Of a stretch of 64,000 nt of DNA, positions 29,012-37,128 are shown piece by piece. The notes beneath the pieces were generated by a model. That model was not told where the DNA came from. It saw nothing but the letters and a program-made list of their open reading frames with translations, and ran no database searches. A program made the position numbers and the translations under genes. This stretch comes from Prosthecomicrobium sp. GTDB lineage: Bacteria; Pseudomonadota; Alphaproteobacteria; Rhizobiales; Ancalomicrobiaceae. The DNA lies in assembly GCA_048497495.1 (NCBI GenBank), contig JAFHCF010000159.1, forward strand, positions 20,173-84,172, read 5' to 3'. Each line of letters starts with the position of its first letter. Position 1 is the stretch's first letter.

Positions 29012-29734
29012 ATGTCGACCATTCCCGAGTTCAATCCCGCCCTCCCGATCGTGCCCCAACTCATCCAGGTGCTGCGCCAGTCGATCGTCGAGATGCGGTT
29101 GAAGCCCGGCGAGGCCATGTCCGAGAAGGAAGTGGCCGCGCACTACGGCGTCAGCCGCCAACCGGTTCGCGAGGCCTTCATCAAGCTGTCGGAGGCGGGG
29201 CTTCTGCAGGTCTTGCCGAGTCGAGGCACGTTCATCGTCAAGATCTCGGTCCGCGACGTCCTCAATGCCCGCTTCGTGCGCGAGGCGATCGAATGCGCGT
29301 TGGTGAAGACGGCGGCGGTTCTGGTCACGCCGCGAGACCTCGAGAGGCTCGACCGCTTGATCGCCGAGCAGATCGAGGCGGCGGGATCGTCCGATCCCGG
29401 GCGTTTCTACGACCTCGACGAGGCGTTCCACCGCACCATCGCCGAATGCTGCGAATGCGAGCCGGCGCTGCGCGTCATCGAGAGCGCCCGGGCGCAGATG
29501 GATCGCGTGCGGTTCCTGAGCCTGCCCGAGGCGACGCCGATCTCGGTCCTCATCGCCCAGCATCGCGCCATCGTCGAGGGGATGCGGCGGCACTCGGGCG
29601 AGATGGCCGAAGAGGCGATGCGGCTCCACATGCGTGAAATCCTGAGCGCGCTGCCGAGGCTCGCGCAACAGTTCCCCGACATGTTCGACCCGACCGACGC
29701 CCCCGCCCACGCCCGCCTCGTCGAGGACCACTGA
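29012..29734 (+). CDS. GntR family (FadR/FCD subfamily) transcriptional regulator
   Basis: N-terminal winged HTH (LKPGEAMSEKEVAAHYGVSRQPVREAFIKLSEAGLLQVLPSRGTFI) plus an FCD-type helical C-terminal domain. Confidence 0.9.
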   Translation: MSTIPEFNPALPIVPQLIQVLRQSIVEMRLKPGEAMSEKEVAAHYGVSRQPVREAFIKLSEAGLLQVLPSRGTFIVKISVRDVLNARFVREAIECALVKTAAVLVTPRDLERLDRLIAEQIEAAGSSDPGRFYDLDEAFHRTIAECCECEPALRVIESARAQMDRVRFLSLPEATPISVLIAQHRAIVEGMRRHSGEMAEEAMRLHMREILSALPRLAQQFPDMFDPTDAPAHARLVEDH

Positions 29735-29801
29735 CCCCGATCACCCGCCGCGCCGACCCGAACGCCGGAACGCCACCTCGAAACACGATCGCCGTCGGGG
29801 A

Positions 29802-29819
29802 GAATTGGTGGAGCTGAGG
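29802..29819. repeat. Island att core, distal copy (relic of the tRNA-Ala 3' end)
   Basis: GAATTGGTGGAGCTGAGG is identical to 48265-48282. Only the last 14 nt of the tRNA are duplicated here. Confidence 0.85.
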
Positions 29820-29937
29820 ACCACCAAACTATCGTCCGAAGCTGTTCCCATCAATCCAAAAATCCCCTTATTTTCTGCCGTTTTTCGTGGTCCCCCGTCT
29901 ATCCCCGTTCACAACCATCCGCTATTATCCACGAATT

Positions 29938-29960
29938 GATGATGGGTGGGATGATGGGTG
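29938..29960. repeat. 23-bp arm-type repeat (2 x GATGATGGGTG), integrase-proximal
   Basis: GATGATGGGTGGGATGATGGGTG is identical to 48191-48213. It ends 17 nt before the integrase ATG and abuts its RBS (AAGGGGAG). Confidence 0.7.
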
Positions 29961-29976
29961 AAGGGGAGACGGCGCG

Positions 29977-31206
29977 ATGCCGAAAGTGGTCGCCAAGCTC
30001 AACGATCGACAGGTGAAGGCCATCAAGGCCGATGGGCTCCACGCCTGCGGCGAAGGGCTCTATCTCCAAATCAAGGGCTCGGCGCGCGGCTGGATCTTCC
30101 GCTATCAGACGGCAGGCAAGCGCCGCGACATGGGCTTGGGCTCGGCTTCCGAAGTCGGCCTCAAGGAAGCCCGCGAAGCCATCGACGAGGCGAAGCGCGC
30201 CATTCGCGCCGGCCTTGATCCCGTCGACGCCCGCCGAGCCGAACGCCAGACGATCCCGACCTTCGGGAAATTCGCCGACGATCTCGTCGAGACCCTGGAA
30301 AAGGGCTTCCGCAACGACAAGCATCGGTATCAATGGAAGCAGACGCTCGGCGACGCCTATTGCGCGGCAATCCGGGGGAAGCTCGTCTCCGACATCACCA
30401 CCGCCGACGTGCTCGAAGTGCTCAAACCCGTCTGGCAAACGAAACAGGAAACCGCCTCGCGCCTTCGCGGTCGGATCGAGAAGGTATTGGACGCGGCCAA
30501 GGCGTGCGGCTTCCGTTCGGGCGAGAATCCGGCGGCATGGCGCGGACACCTCGCGAACCTTCTCCCCAAACGCCAGAAGCTCGCACGCGGGCATCAACCG
30601 GCCCTGCCCTACGATGGCGTTCCGGCACTTGTCGCCCGTCTCAGGGCACGCGATGCGGTCGCGGCGCGTGCGCTCGAATTCCTCATTCTCACGGCGACGC
30701 GGGCAGGCGAGGTCTTCGGCGCGACATGGGGCGAGTTCGACACCGCCGCCGAGGTGTGGACCATCCCCGCGAACCGTATGAAAGCGGGCAAGGAACACCG
30801 CGTCCCCCTGACGACGCGCGCCCTGGCGATCGTCGCTGAGATGGCCGCGCTTCGGACGAAGGGCAACGATACCGCCACCTTCGTGTTCCCTGGCGGGCGG
30901 GCCGGTCGCCCCCTCTCGAATATGGCGTTCAAGCAATTGCTCGTCCGCATGGGCGAGACGGGCTTCGTCCCGCACGGTTTCCGCTCGTCGTTCCGCGACT
31001 GGTGCGGCGAATGCACACCGTTCCCGCGCGAGGTCGCGGAAGCCGCTCTCGCGCACATGGTCGGCGACGAGGTGGAACGAGCCTACCGGCGCGGCGATGC
31101 GTTGGAGAAGCGCCGGAAGCTCATGGACGCATGGGCCGGTTTCATCGAACCCAAGGCGGCGAACGTCGTGACGCTCAAGCCGCTACGGAAAACTCCGGTC
31201 TCGTGA
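29977..31206 (+). CDS. int: Tyrosine recombinase, P4-type integrase (DUF4102 N-terminal domain)
   Basis: KLNDRQVKAIKADGLHACGEGLYLQIKGSARGWIFRYQ..GKRRDMGLG (Arm/DUF4102 type). Catalytic region ...LILTATRAGEV...HRVPL...PHGFRSSFRDW...ALAHMVGDEVERAYRRGD. Confidence 0.95.
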   Translation: MPKVVAKLNDRQVKAIKADGLHACGEGLYLQIKGSARGWIFRYQTAGKRRDMGLGSASEVGLKEAREAIDEAKRAIRAGLDPVDARRAERQTIPTFGKFADDLVETLEKGFRNDKHRYQWKQTLGDAYCAAIRGKLVSDITTADVLEVLKPVWQTKQETASRLRGRIEKVLDAAKACGFRSGENPAAWRGHLANLLPKRQKLARGHQPALPYDGVPALVARLRARDAVAARALEFLILTATRAGEVFGATWGEFDTAAEVWTIPANRMKAGKEHRVPLTTRALAIVAEMAALRTKGNDTATFVFPGGRAGRPLSNMAFKQLLVRMGETGFVPHGFRSSFRDWCGECTPFPREVAEAALAHMVGDEVERAYRRGDALEKRRKLMDAWAGFIEPKAANVVTLKPLRKTPVS

Positions 31207-31222
31207 CCGGGACTGCTGGTCG

Positions 31223-31250
31223 AAGGCGGTGGTTTCGAGGCCACCGCCTT
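31223..31250 (+). other. Stem-loop after the integrase gene
   Basis: AAGGCGGTGG-N8-CCACCGCCTT, 17 nt after the int stop. A paralogous hairpin follows the integrase stump at 35505-35528. Confidence 0.5.
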
Positions 31251-31331
31251 TCCCTCCGAAACCGCTCACGAATGTCCATCGGCGTCCGATGTCGTCCGAA
31301 AAGCCTTCAACCAATATGCCGAGTGTGATAT

Positions 31332-31658
31332 ATGGATCGCTGGACCATAGAGGTGACGATCGAAGCGCAGGCCGAATTGGCCGCTTGGCCGGTCGAGCTT
31401 CGCGCGTCACTGGCTCGGATCGTGGAGCGCGTCGAGCAAGTCGGCCTCGAACGGTTGGGCGAGCCCTTCGTGAAGCATCTCGAAGGCAAGCTCTGGGAAA
31501 TGCGACCCTCGGGCCGGCGGATCGAAGGGCGGGCGCTCTACGTGACCGCGACCGGTCGACGAGTTGTGATCCTGCTGGCGTTCGAGAAGAAGACGCAGAA
31601 GACGCCCCGCCGGTTCATCGAACGAGCCTTGGACAGAGCGAAGGACGTGAAGCCGTGA
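31332..31658 (+). CDS. Type II toxin, RelE/ParE superfamily (HigB / phage Gp49-like)
   Basis: ...VKHLEGKLWEMRPSGRRIEGRALYVTATGRRVVILLAFEKKTQKTPRRFIERALDRAK is the Gp49/HigB-type pattern. Followed by an overlapping HTH gene. Confidence 0.8.
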   Translation: MDRWTIEVTIEAQAELAAWPVELRASLARIVERVEQVGLERLGEPFVKHLEGKLWEMRPSGRRIEGRALYVTATGRRVVILLAFEKKTQKTPRRFIERALDRAKDVKP

Positions 31659-31945
31659 CCGAAATCGTTCCCTTCTCGAAGCTTTCCGACGAATGGAAGA
31701 AGGACGCCGCCTTCGTCGCCGAATACGAGCGCATCGGCCCCGACATGGATCTCGCCTTCGCGCTCTCCGAGGCGCGCCGGGAAGTCGGCCTCACACAGAC
31801 CGAGGTGGCACGGCGCATGGGAACCTCTCAGGCGGCCGTGGCGCGCATGGAAGGCGGCAAGGTCAAGCCGACATGGGAGACCGTGGAGCGCTACGCCCGC
31901 GCCCTCGGACGGCGGGCGGTGGTGGCGCTGGTGGCTGCGGAGTGA
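31655..31945 (+). CDS. XRE-family HTH antitoxin (HigA-like)
   Basis: The GTG at 31655 overlaps the toxin TGA. GLTQTEVARRMGTSQAAVARMEGGKVKPTWETVERYARALG is an XRE HTH. Confidence 0.75.
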   Translation: MTEIVPFSKLSDEWKKDAAFVAEYERIGPDMDLAFALSEARREVGLTQTEVARRMGTSQAAVARMEGGKVKPTWETVERYARALGRRAVVALVAAE

Positions 31946-31947
31946 TC

Positions 31948-32349
31948 ATGAGCAAGTTCGGCAAGGAAATGATCGAAAGCGCGGGGGAAGCCCTGGCCAT
32001 GGCGGGCGGCGGTTCCGAGCGTGCTCGCCTCGCACCCTTCGATGCCGCCGACTATCTCGACAGCGACGAGACCGCCGCCGAATACCTCGCCGTGAGCATC
32101 GAAGACGGCGATCCGGCAGTGGTTGCGAACGCGGTTCGGACCATCATGCGAGCACGCGGCGAGGCGATGACCGACGTTCTCGACCGGCTAATCGTCATCG
32201 CCGAGGATCGGCATGCTGCCGGGGAACGCGCTCGCCAAGTCGAGCGTGACCACTCGGGGTCAGCCGGCCATCAGGCGACGGCCTCGGCCTTTGGACCTTG
32301 CTCGGCAAGGATTCGCATGACATCCGCTGCCGGCTTGGGCCGACTGTAA
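31948..32349 (+). pseudogene. Antidote-like relic: N-terminal half of an addiction-module antidote without its HTH, running into the convergent GGDEF-EAL gene
   Basis: MSKFGKEMIESAGEALAMAGGGSERARLAPFDAADYLDSDETAAEYLAVSIEDGDPAVVANAVRTIMRARG parallels the antidote at 40629 (KPFDSAEHLRTDEDVAAYLEAAFEDGDPALVAHALGVIARTRG). It then diverges and lacks the GNP..HTH part. Its N-terminus is paralogous to ORF 40931. Confidence 0.4.
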
Positions 32350-34520
32350 AGGTAGCCTTGGGCTTCGGTGCAGCCTTCCGCCGTCACGCTCGCGAGCTGC
32401 TCGCCCGTCTCCACCCCTTCGGCGGTCGTCGTGATCCCCAGGCTGCTGCTCAACCCGACGACGGCGCGCACGATCGCCAAGCTGTCCTGCTTTCCAGGCA
32501 AATCGCGGATGAAAGACTGGTCGATTTTGATCTTGTCGAACGGGAAGCTGCGAAGATAGCCGAGCGACGAATATCCGGTGCCGAAATCGTCCATCGCAAT
32601 CTTGATGCCGAGATCGCGGAGTTGATGAAGAATGGCGAAAGCCCCCTCATTCTCCTGCACCAGCACCATTTCAGTGATCTCCAGCTCCAGCCGGGTCGCC
32701 GGCAGACCGGAGGTCGCCAGCGCATTGATGACCATCGGCACCAGATTCCGGCTCTTGAACTGGGCTGGGGAGAGGTTCACCGCGATCGTCACATGCGTCG
32801 GCCAGCGCGCGGCTTCGGTACAGGCCTGCCGCAACACCCATTCGCCTATCTGCACGATGAGACCGGTTTCTTCCGCGACCGGAATGAATTCGAGCGGCGG
32901 AATCATGCCGCGCTCTGGATGATGCCAGCGGATGAGCGCTTCGAAGCTGGTGATTTGACTGCTTTTGACGTCGATGATGGGTTGATAGTAAAGCTCGAAC
33001 TCGCCATTCACGATTGCCTTGCGAAGATCGAGTTCGAGGGCGCGGCGCGTCTGCATGCGGGCGTCCATTGCGATTTCGAAGAAGCGGTAGACGCCGCCGC
33101 CATCGGCTTTGGCGCGGTAGAGCGCCAAATCCGCGTTCTTCATGAGCACATCCGGCTCGCTACTGTCGTTCGGCGCGATCGCGATACCGACGCTTGCCCC
33201 GACCACCACCTGATGGCCATCCAGATCATACGGCGCTCCAACGACCTCGATGAGACGCATAGCAAGCGCCGTGGCATCCGCCGCCTGCTCCGACGGCACC
33301 TGCACGATGGCGAATTCGTCGCCGCCTAACCGGGCCACAATGTCTTCGCCTCGAACGCAACTGCGCATTCGCTCGGCAGCCGCCTTCAGCAAACGATCGC
33401 CGATCGGATGACCGAGCGTATCGTTGACGGCCTTGAAATGATCGAGATCGAGGCTGTGAACCGCGATGGTTTCGGAGCGACGCAAATGGCTGAGGGACGC
33501 CTCCACCCGCTCATAGAACGTCACGCGGTTCGGCAAGTCCGTGAGCGCATCGTAATGCGCCAGATGCCTGATCCGTTCCTCGGCCTTCAGGCGTTCGGTG
33601 ATATCCTCGAAGGTGGCGACGAAGCCGCCTTCCTGCATAGGCCGAAATGAAATCGCGATGTTGCGGCCGTCGGTCAGACGCTGGATGAACGAGCCTGCCT
33701 TGCGCTCGCGAAAAATCAGCTCGCGCAACGCAAGCGTATTCTCTGGTTCCGCATCCTTGCTCTTGCTGGAGGATTGCAACCGCGCCATTAACTGCTGGGT
33801 GGTCATGCCCGGTACGATACTTTCAACCGGCAGACCGTACATCTCCGTAAAGCGCCGATTGCAAATGACGAGCTTGCCATAAGCGTCGAACATGCAAAGG
33901 CCCTGCGACATGTTCATCAGCGCGGAGTCGAAACGCTCATTCTGCACATTCAATTGCGCGTTTCTGGACTCGATCGTCTCCTTGGCTGCCTCCAGCGCGC
34001 CCACGGTGCTATCCAGCACCTTGAGCGGAAACACGCGCACGGCGAAGTAGACGCCGACGCCGAAGATGGCGCTCAACAACGCGGCGAAACCCGTTTCCAA
34101 CAGCAGCGGATGAAGGCTGCTCGAGCCTTCGACCCGGCCGATCACAGAACCCGATACGACAATCGGATTGGCGCGGGTCATCACCGGCGCGGTCAAGGCC
34201 GGCCCGGCGGCGGCGATGACGGCGGTATCGTCACGGACACTGAGGGAGAAGTTTTTGCCATCGGCGGCGCCGAGTTCGATCAGTTCGGCGATGCGGGGCG
34301 CCTGATACTGCCAAAGCGACTGATGCATATAGATGTATTTGGCGACACGCGCGGCGGCCAGCTTGGATTTGTAATCCACCTCATGCGAGAGGTTCGCATA
34401 CGCCACATAAAAATAGCCACAGGGAATCGCTATAAAAATCGTCAGGGTTACGATCATGCCGATCGTGCCGACGAGCGTGCGCAGGCGAAAATTCCACATG
34501 GCTCGTCTCCTATTCGCCAA
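32271..34520 (-). CDS. Membrane sensor diguanylate cyclase/phosphodiesterase (TM - periplasmic region - PAS - GGDEF - EAL)
   Basis: GGDEF domain (LTDLPNR...RLGGDEFAIV) and EAL domain (FEALIRW...QPIID...EITE...KIAMDDFGTGYSSL...KIDQSF), with two TM segments at the N-terminus. Confidence 0.9.
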   Translation of the reverse strand: MANRRRAMWNFRLRTLVGTIGMIVTLTIFIAIPCGYFYVAYANLSHEVDYKSKLAAARVAKYIYMHQSLWQYQAPRIAELIELGAADGKNFSLSVRDDTAVIAAAGPALTAPVMTRANPIVVSGSVIGRVEGSSSLHPLLLETGFAALLSAIFGVGVYFAVRVFPLKVLDSTVGALEAAKETIESRNAQLNVQNERFDSALMNMSQGLCMFDAYGKLVICNRRFTEMYGLPVESIVPGMTTQQLMARLQSSSKSKDAEPENTLALRELIFRERKAGSFIQRLTDGRNIAISFRPMQEGGFVATFEDITERLKAEERIRHLAHYDALTDLPNRVTFYERVEASLSHLRRSETIAVHSLDLDHFKAVNDTLGHPIGDRLLKAAAERMRSCVRGEDIVARLGGDEFAIVQVPSEQAADATALAMRLIEVVGAPYDLDGHQVVVGASVGIAIAPNDSSEPDVLMKNADLALYRAKADGGGVYRFFEIAMDARMQTRRALELDLRKAIVNGEFELYYQPIIDVKSSQITSFEALIRWHHPERGMIPPLEFIPVAEETGLIVQIGEWVLRQACTEAARWPTHVTIAVNLSPAQFKSRNLVPMVINALATSGLPATRLELEITEMVLVQENEGAFAILHQLRDLGIKIAMDDFGTGYSSLGYLRSFPFDKIKIDQSFIRDLPGKQDSLAIVRAVVGLSSSLGITTTAEGVETGEQLASVTAEGCTEAQGYLYSRPKPAADVMRILAEQGPKAEAVA

Positions 34521-35328
34521 CAGGAAGGTTGCCGGTCGCCAGCAAAGCCTGGCGCCCAGCGTCCGAGCGCAGGAATGTCAGGAACTTCTCGGCGCCCGCG
34601 TTGCGACCGCGCGGAAACACCAGGTAGAAGCTCTTTTCGTGCCGGTAGGTCCCGTCGGCCAAAGTCTTGAGACTGGGCTCCACGCCGTCAATCGCAACGA
34701 AGCGCAGATTACATTTCTCGGCGACGATCTGCCCGAAGCCCGCCAGACCAATCGATCCGGGAAGGCGCTCGGCCAGATCGACATTGTCCTGATCGGTCGC
34801 CGCCACGGGAACCTCGGAGCGTTGCCGCGCCCGCGCGACCGCATCCTTCACGGCCGGGAGCGCCCGCTCGATGATCGCCGTGTCCGAATCGACCTTGGGC
34901 CGCAAAATGAGCTTGAGCGGCGTGCCATCCGCCCATTTCGGATTCTCCGCCGCGACAAGCGTGGCGATATCGTCCGTCTTAAGGCCATTGGGCTTTGGAT
35001 GCGACGTAATGAGGACCAGCGGCGTTCGCGCAAAGCGATGCGAGACGAGTAGCCCTTCCGCCAATTCGGGACTCAATGGCCGGCCCGCGACGACGACGTC
35101 GATCTTGCCGTCCACGATCGCGTGCATCGCGCCACTGGTGCCGAGGCCGACGATCACCTGCACTTCAATGCCGGTGGCGGCTTTGAACTGAGGAGCGATT
35201 TGCCGCATCGCCTCGATGATGCCGCCGGTTCCAGCCAGCCGCAGAGTCTCCGCGCCCGCGCCGTTTGCCGCCATCAGCAGAAAAGCGATCCCGACCGCAA
35301 TTGCCAATTTCGAAAATGATGCACGCAT
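34510..35328 (-). CDS. Periplasmic PstS-like (PBP_like_2) substrate-binding protein
   Basis: Signal peptide, then TLRLAGTGGIIEAMRQIAPQFKAATGIEVQVIVGLGTSGAMHAIVDGKIDV... Its stop overlaps the start of the GGDEF-EAL gene by 11 nt, suggesting a sensor/ligand-binding pair. Confidence 0.75.
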   Translation of the reverse strand: MRASFSKLAIAVGIAFLLMAANGAGAETLRLAGTGGIIEAMRQIAPQFKAATGIEVQVIVGLGTSGAMHAIVDGKIDVVVAGRPLSPELAEGLLVSHRFARTPLVLITSHPKPNGLKTDDIATLVAAENPKWADGTPLKLILRPKVDSDTAIIERALPAVKDAVARARQRSEVPVAATDQDNVDLAERLPGSIGLAGFGQIVAEKCNLRFVAIDGVEPSLKTLADGTYRHEKSFYLVFPRGRNAGAEKFLTFLRSDAGRQALLATGNLPVGE

Positions 35329-35437
35329 ATGACACTTCCCTCTATCGATGAGGGACAGTGCGCCAGCAGATGATGACGAATTACCTTAGTGTCGTGCGCG
35401 TACTGGCACGATGGTAAACAATATGACGACGCAGGCT

Positions 35438-35488
35438 GCGAACGTCGTCACGCTCAAGCTGAACCCGAAATCCCCGGTCGCGTGACCG
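35438..35488 (+). pseudogene. 3'-terminal stump of a second P4-type integrase gene
   Basis: GCGAACGTCGTCACGCTCAAGCTGAACCCGAAATCCCCGGTCGCGTGACCGG aligns with the last codons and stop of the intact int (31158-31210). ANVVTLKLNPKSPVA* compares with ANVVTLKPLRKTPVS*. It is followed by the paralogous hairpin at 35505-35528. Confidence 0.7.
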
Positions 35489-35586
35489 GATGACGAGCGA
35501 CCGGGGCGGTGGTCTCGCGACCACCGCCTGTTCCGTTCACAATCGGCCGCACTTGTCTTTCTGTCCATTAAATGAGACATTGCGTC

Positions 35587-35878
35587 ATGATCGAAGTCCG
35601 GCAAACGGAACGCTTCGGTGCCTGGATCTCCGGCCTTGCTGATTTCCGGGCGCGGGCTCGCATCCTGGTGCGGATCGACCGCTTCGCACTCGGGAACGCG
35701 GGAGATGCGAAGCCGGTCGGGGCGTGGCGTCTCGGAACTGCGGATCGACTACGGGCCGGGATACCGGGTCTATTTCGTTCGACGTGGCGAGGCGTTGATC
35801 ATCCTGCTTGCCGGCGGCGGCAAGCGCACGCAGGCGCGGGACATCGAAACCGCGCTCGCCATGGTGGCGGAACTCTGA
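35587..35878 (+). pseudogene. Addiction-module killer toxin (RelE/ParE superfamily), copy 1, frameshifted
   Basis: MIEVRQTERFGAWISGLADFRARARILVRIDRFALGNAGDAKPVG, then a +1 frameshift: the G-run 35719-35722 is GGGG versus GGG in copy 2. The remainder (RGVSELRIDYGPGYRVYFVRRGEALIILLAGGGKRTQARDIE) is in another frame. Confidence 0.8.
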
Positions 35879-35888
35879 GGGACGAGAC

Positions 35889-35924
35889 ATGGCACCGCTG
35901 GAAACCAAGCTCGGCCGTTGCTAA
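35889..35924 (+). pseudogene. Truncated antidote gene, copy 1 (only 7 native codons remain)
   Basis: MAPLETK is identical to the start of the intact antidote at 40629. Homology breaks after 35910 and a stop follows (MAPLETKLGRC*). Confidence 0.75.
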
Positions 35925-35965
35925 TCCGCAATCGAATCCTTGCCTTTTGGCGGTAGATCTCCAAT

Positions 35966-35983
35966 TATTGCCATATGGCAATA
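35966..35983. promoter_or_regulatory. Perfect 18-bp palindrome, candidate operator of the Xre-RES operon
   Basis: TATTGCCATATGGCAATA ends 12 nt before the preferred antitoxin ATG (35996) and overlaps its AGAGGA RBS region. Confidence 0.5.
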
Positions 35984-35995
35984 GAGGATTTCACC

Positions 35996-36409
35996 ATGGC
36001 CGAACTCGTTCCCATATCGACCGACCCCGGACCCTTCGTCCCTGCCCCGATCACCGACCCCGAAGCGGCGGCGATGTTCCGCGCCTGCGTGAACCTCTTC
36101 CGCTTGTGGGACGTCACCGACGCCGAGGCCGGCGTCTTGCTCGATCTGCCGCCGCGTACCTTCGCGCGATGGAAGACGGGCGCGCTCGGGCGGATCGATC
36201 GCGACCAGAAGGCGCGGCTTTCCAACCTCATGGGCATTCACAAGGCGTTGCGGATCGTCTTTCGCGAGCCCGAGCGGGCCTATGCCTGGATCAAGGCGCC
36301 CAACAGCACCTTCTCGGCGAGATCAGCCCTCGACGTGATGCTCGGCGGTGAACTCACCGACCTGATGCGGGTTCGGCGCTATCTCGACGCCGAGCGGGGC
36401 GGGTGGTGA
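35996..36409 (+). CDS. Xre/MbcA/ParS-type antitoxin (DUF2384 toxin-binding domain)
   Basis: ...LFRLWDVTDAEAGVLLDLPPRTFARWKTG......ARLSNLMGIHKALRIVF.EPERAYAWIKAPNSTFSARSALDVMLGG...LMRVRRYLD is the DUF2384 pattern, and a RES gene follows. Start preferred at 35996 (RBS) over 35975. Confidence 0.8.
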   Translation: MAELVPISTDPGPFVPAPITDPEAAAMFRACVNLFRLWDVTDAEAGVLLDLPPRTFARWKTGALGRIDRDQKARLSNLMGIHKALRIVFREPERAYAWIKAPNSTFSARSALDVMLGGELTDLMRVRRYLDAERGGW

Positions 36410-37113
36410 TCGACATAGCGTCCATTCCGGTCGTCGACATCGAATGGCGTCGCGCCGTGCGGATCATCCGCAGCGCCCATCCACCGATCGACCTCTTCGA
36501 GGACATCGCCGACCCCGCCGATTGGCCGCTTCTCATCTCGGCGGAACAGAAGACCAATCCACGCCTGATGGAGACCTTCGGCAATCTCGACCTCGTGCCG
36601 CAGGATCGTCGCGTCAGCGGGCCGGGGGCATCCTACCTCATGGCCCCCTTCACGCATGTGAGCACCGACCGCCCGAGCCGCTTCAGCGACGGCAGCTTCG
36701 GCGTGCTCTACGTCGGGCGGACATTCGACACCGCCCTCTTCGAGACGATACACCACCACGCCCGCTTCATGGCGGCGACCGCCGAGCGACCCGGATGGAC
36801 CTCGCAGTTCCGCGAAATCGTCCTGGACGTGACCGCCCGCCTCCACGATATCGGCGACGTCGCCGGAACCACCGTCCTCGCCCCCGACGACTACACCGCA
36901 GGACAGAGCCTCGGCGCAGCCCTTCGCCGGTCGGGATCGGAAGGCGTGCGCTACCCGAGCGTTCGCCAACCCGGTGGCGATTGCGCTGGGCTGTTCCATC
37001 CGCCGGCAGACGCACGCCCTACCCAAGGGCGGCATCTCGATTATCATTGGGATGGAGGGAGGGTAGACCTATTCCGAGATCACAGCAACGGTACGACGTA
37101 TCGGATCAATTGA
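36403..37113 (+). CDS. RES-domain toxin (MbcT/ParT-type, NAD+/nucleotide-metabolism-targeting family)
   Basis: R in SRFSDGSFGVLYVGRTFDTALFET, with E following, and S in GVRYPSVRQPGGDCAGLFHP. The GTG start overlaps the antitoxin stop. Confidence 0.8.
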   Translation: MVIDIASIPVVDIEWRRAVRIIRSAHPPIDLFEDIADPADWPLLISAEQKTNPRLMETFGNLDLVPQDRRVSGPGASYLMAPFTHVSTDRPSRFSDGSFGVLYVGRTFDTALFETIHHHARFMAATAERPGWTSQFREIVLDVTARLHDIGDVAGTTVLAPDDYTAGQSLGAALRRSGSEGVRYPSVRQPGGDCAGLFHPPADARPTQGRHLDYHWDGGRVDLFRDHSNGTTYRIN

Positions 37114-37128
37114 TCACCCACATTCACC

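Noticed and set aside
35566-35583. Imperfect inverted repeat TGTCCATTAAATG(A/G)GACA just upstream of both killer-toxin copies (also at 40308-40325)
   Set aside because: The arms are imperfect (TGTCC / GAGACA or GGGACA). It is a plausible TA operator, but it cannot be distinguished from chance conservation within the repeat.
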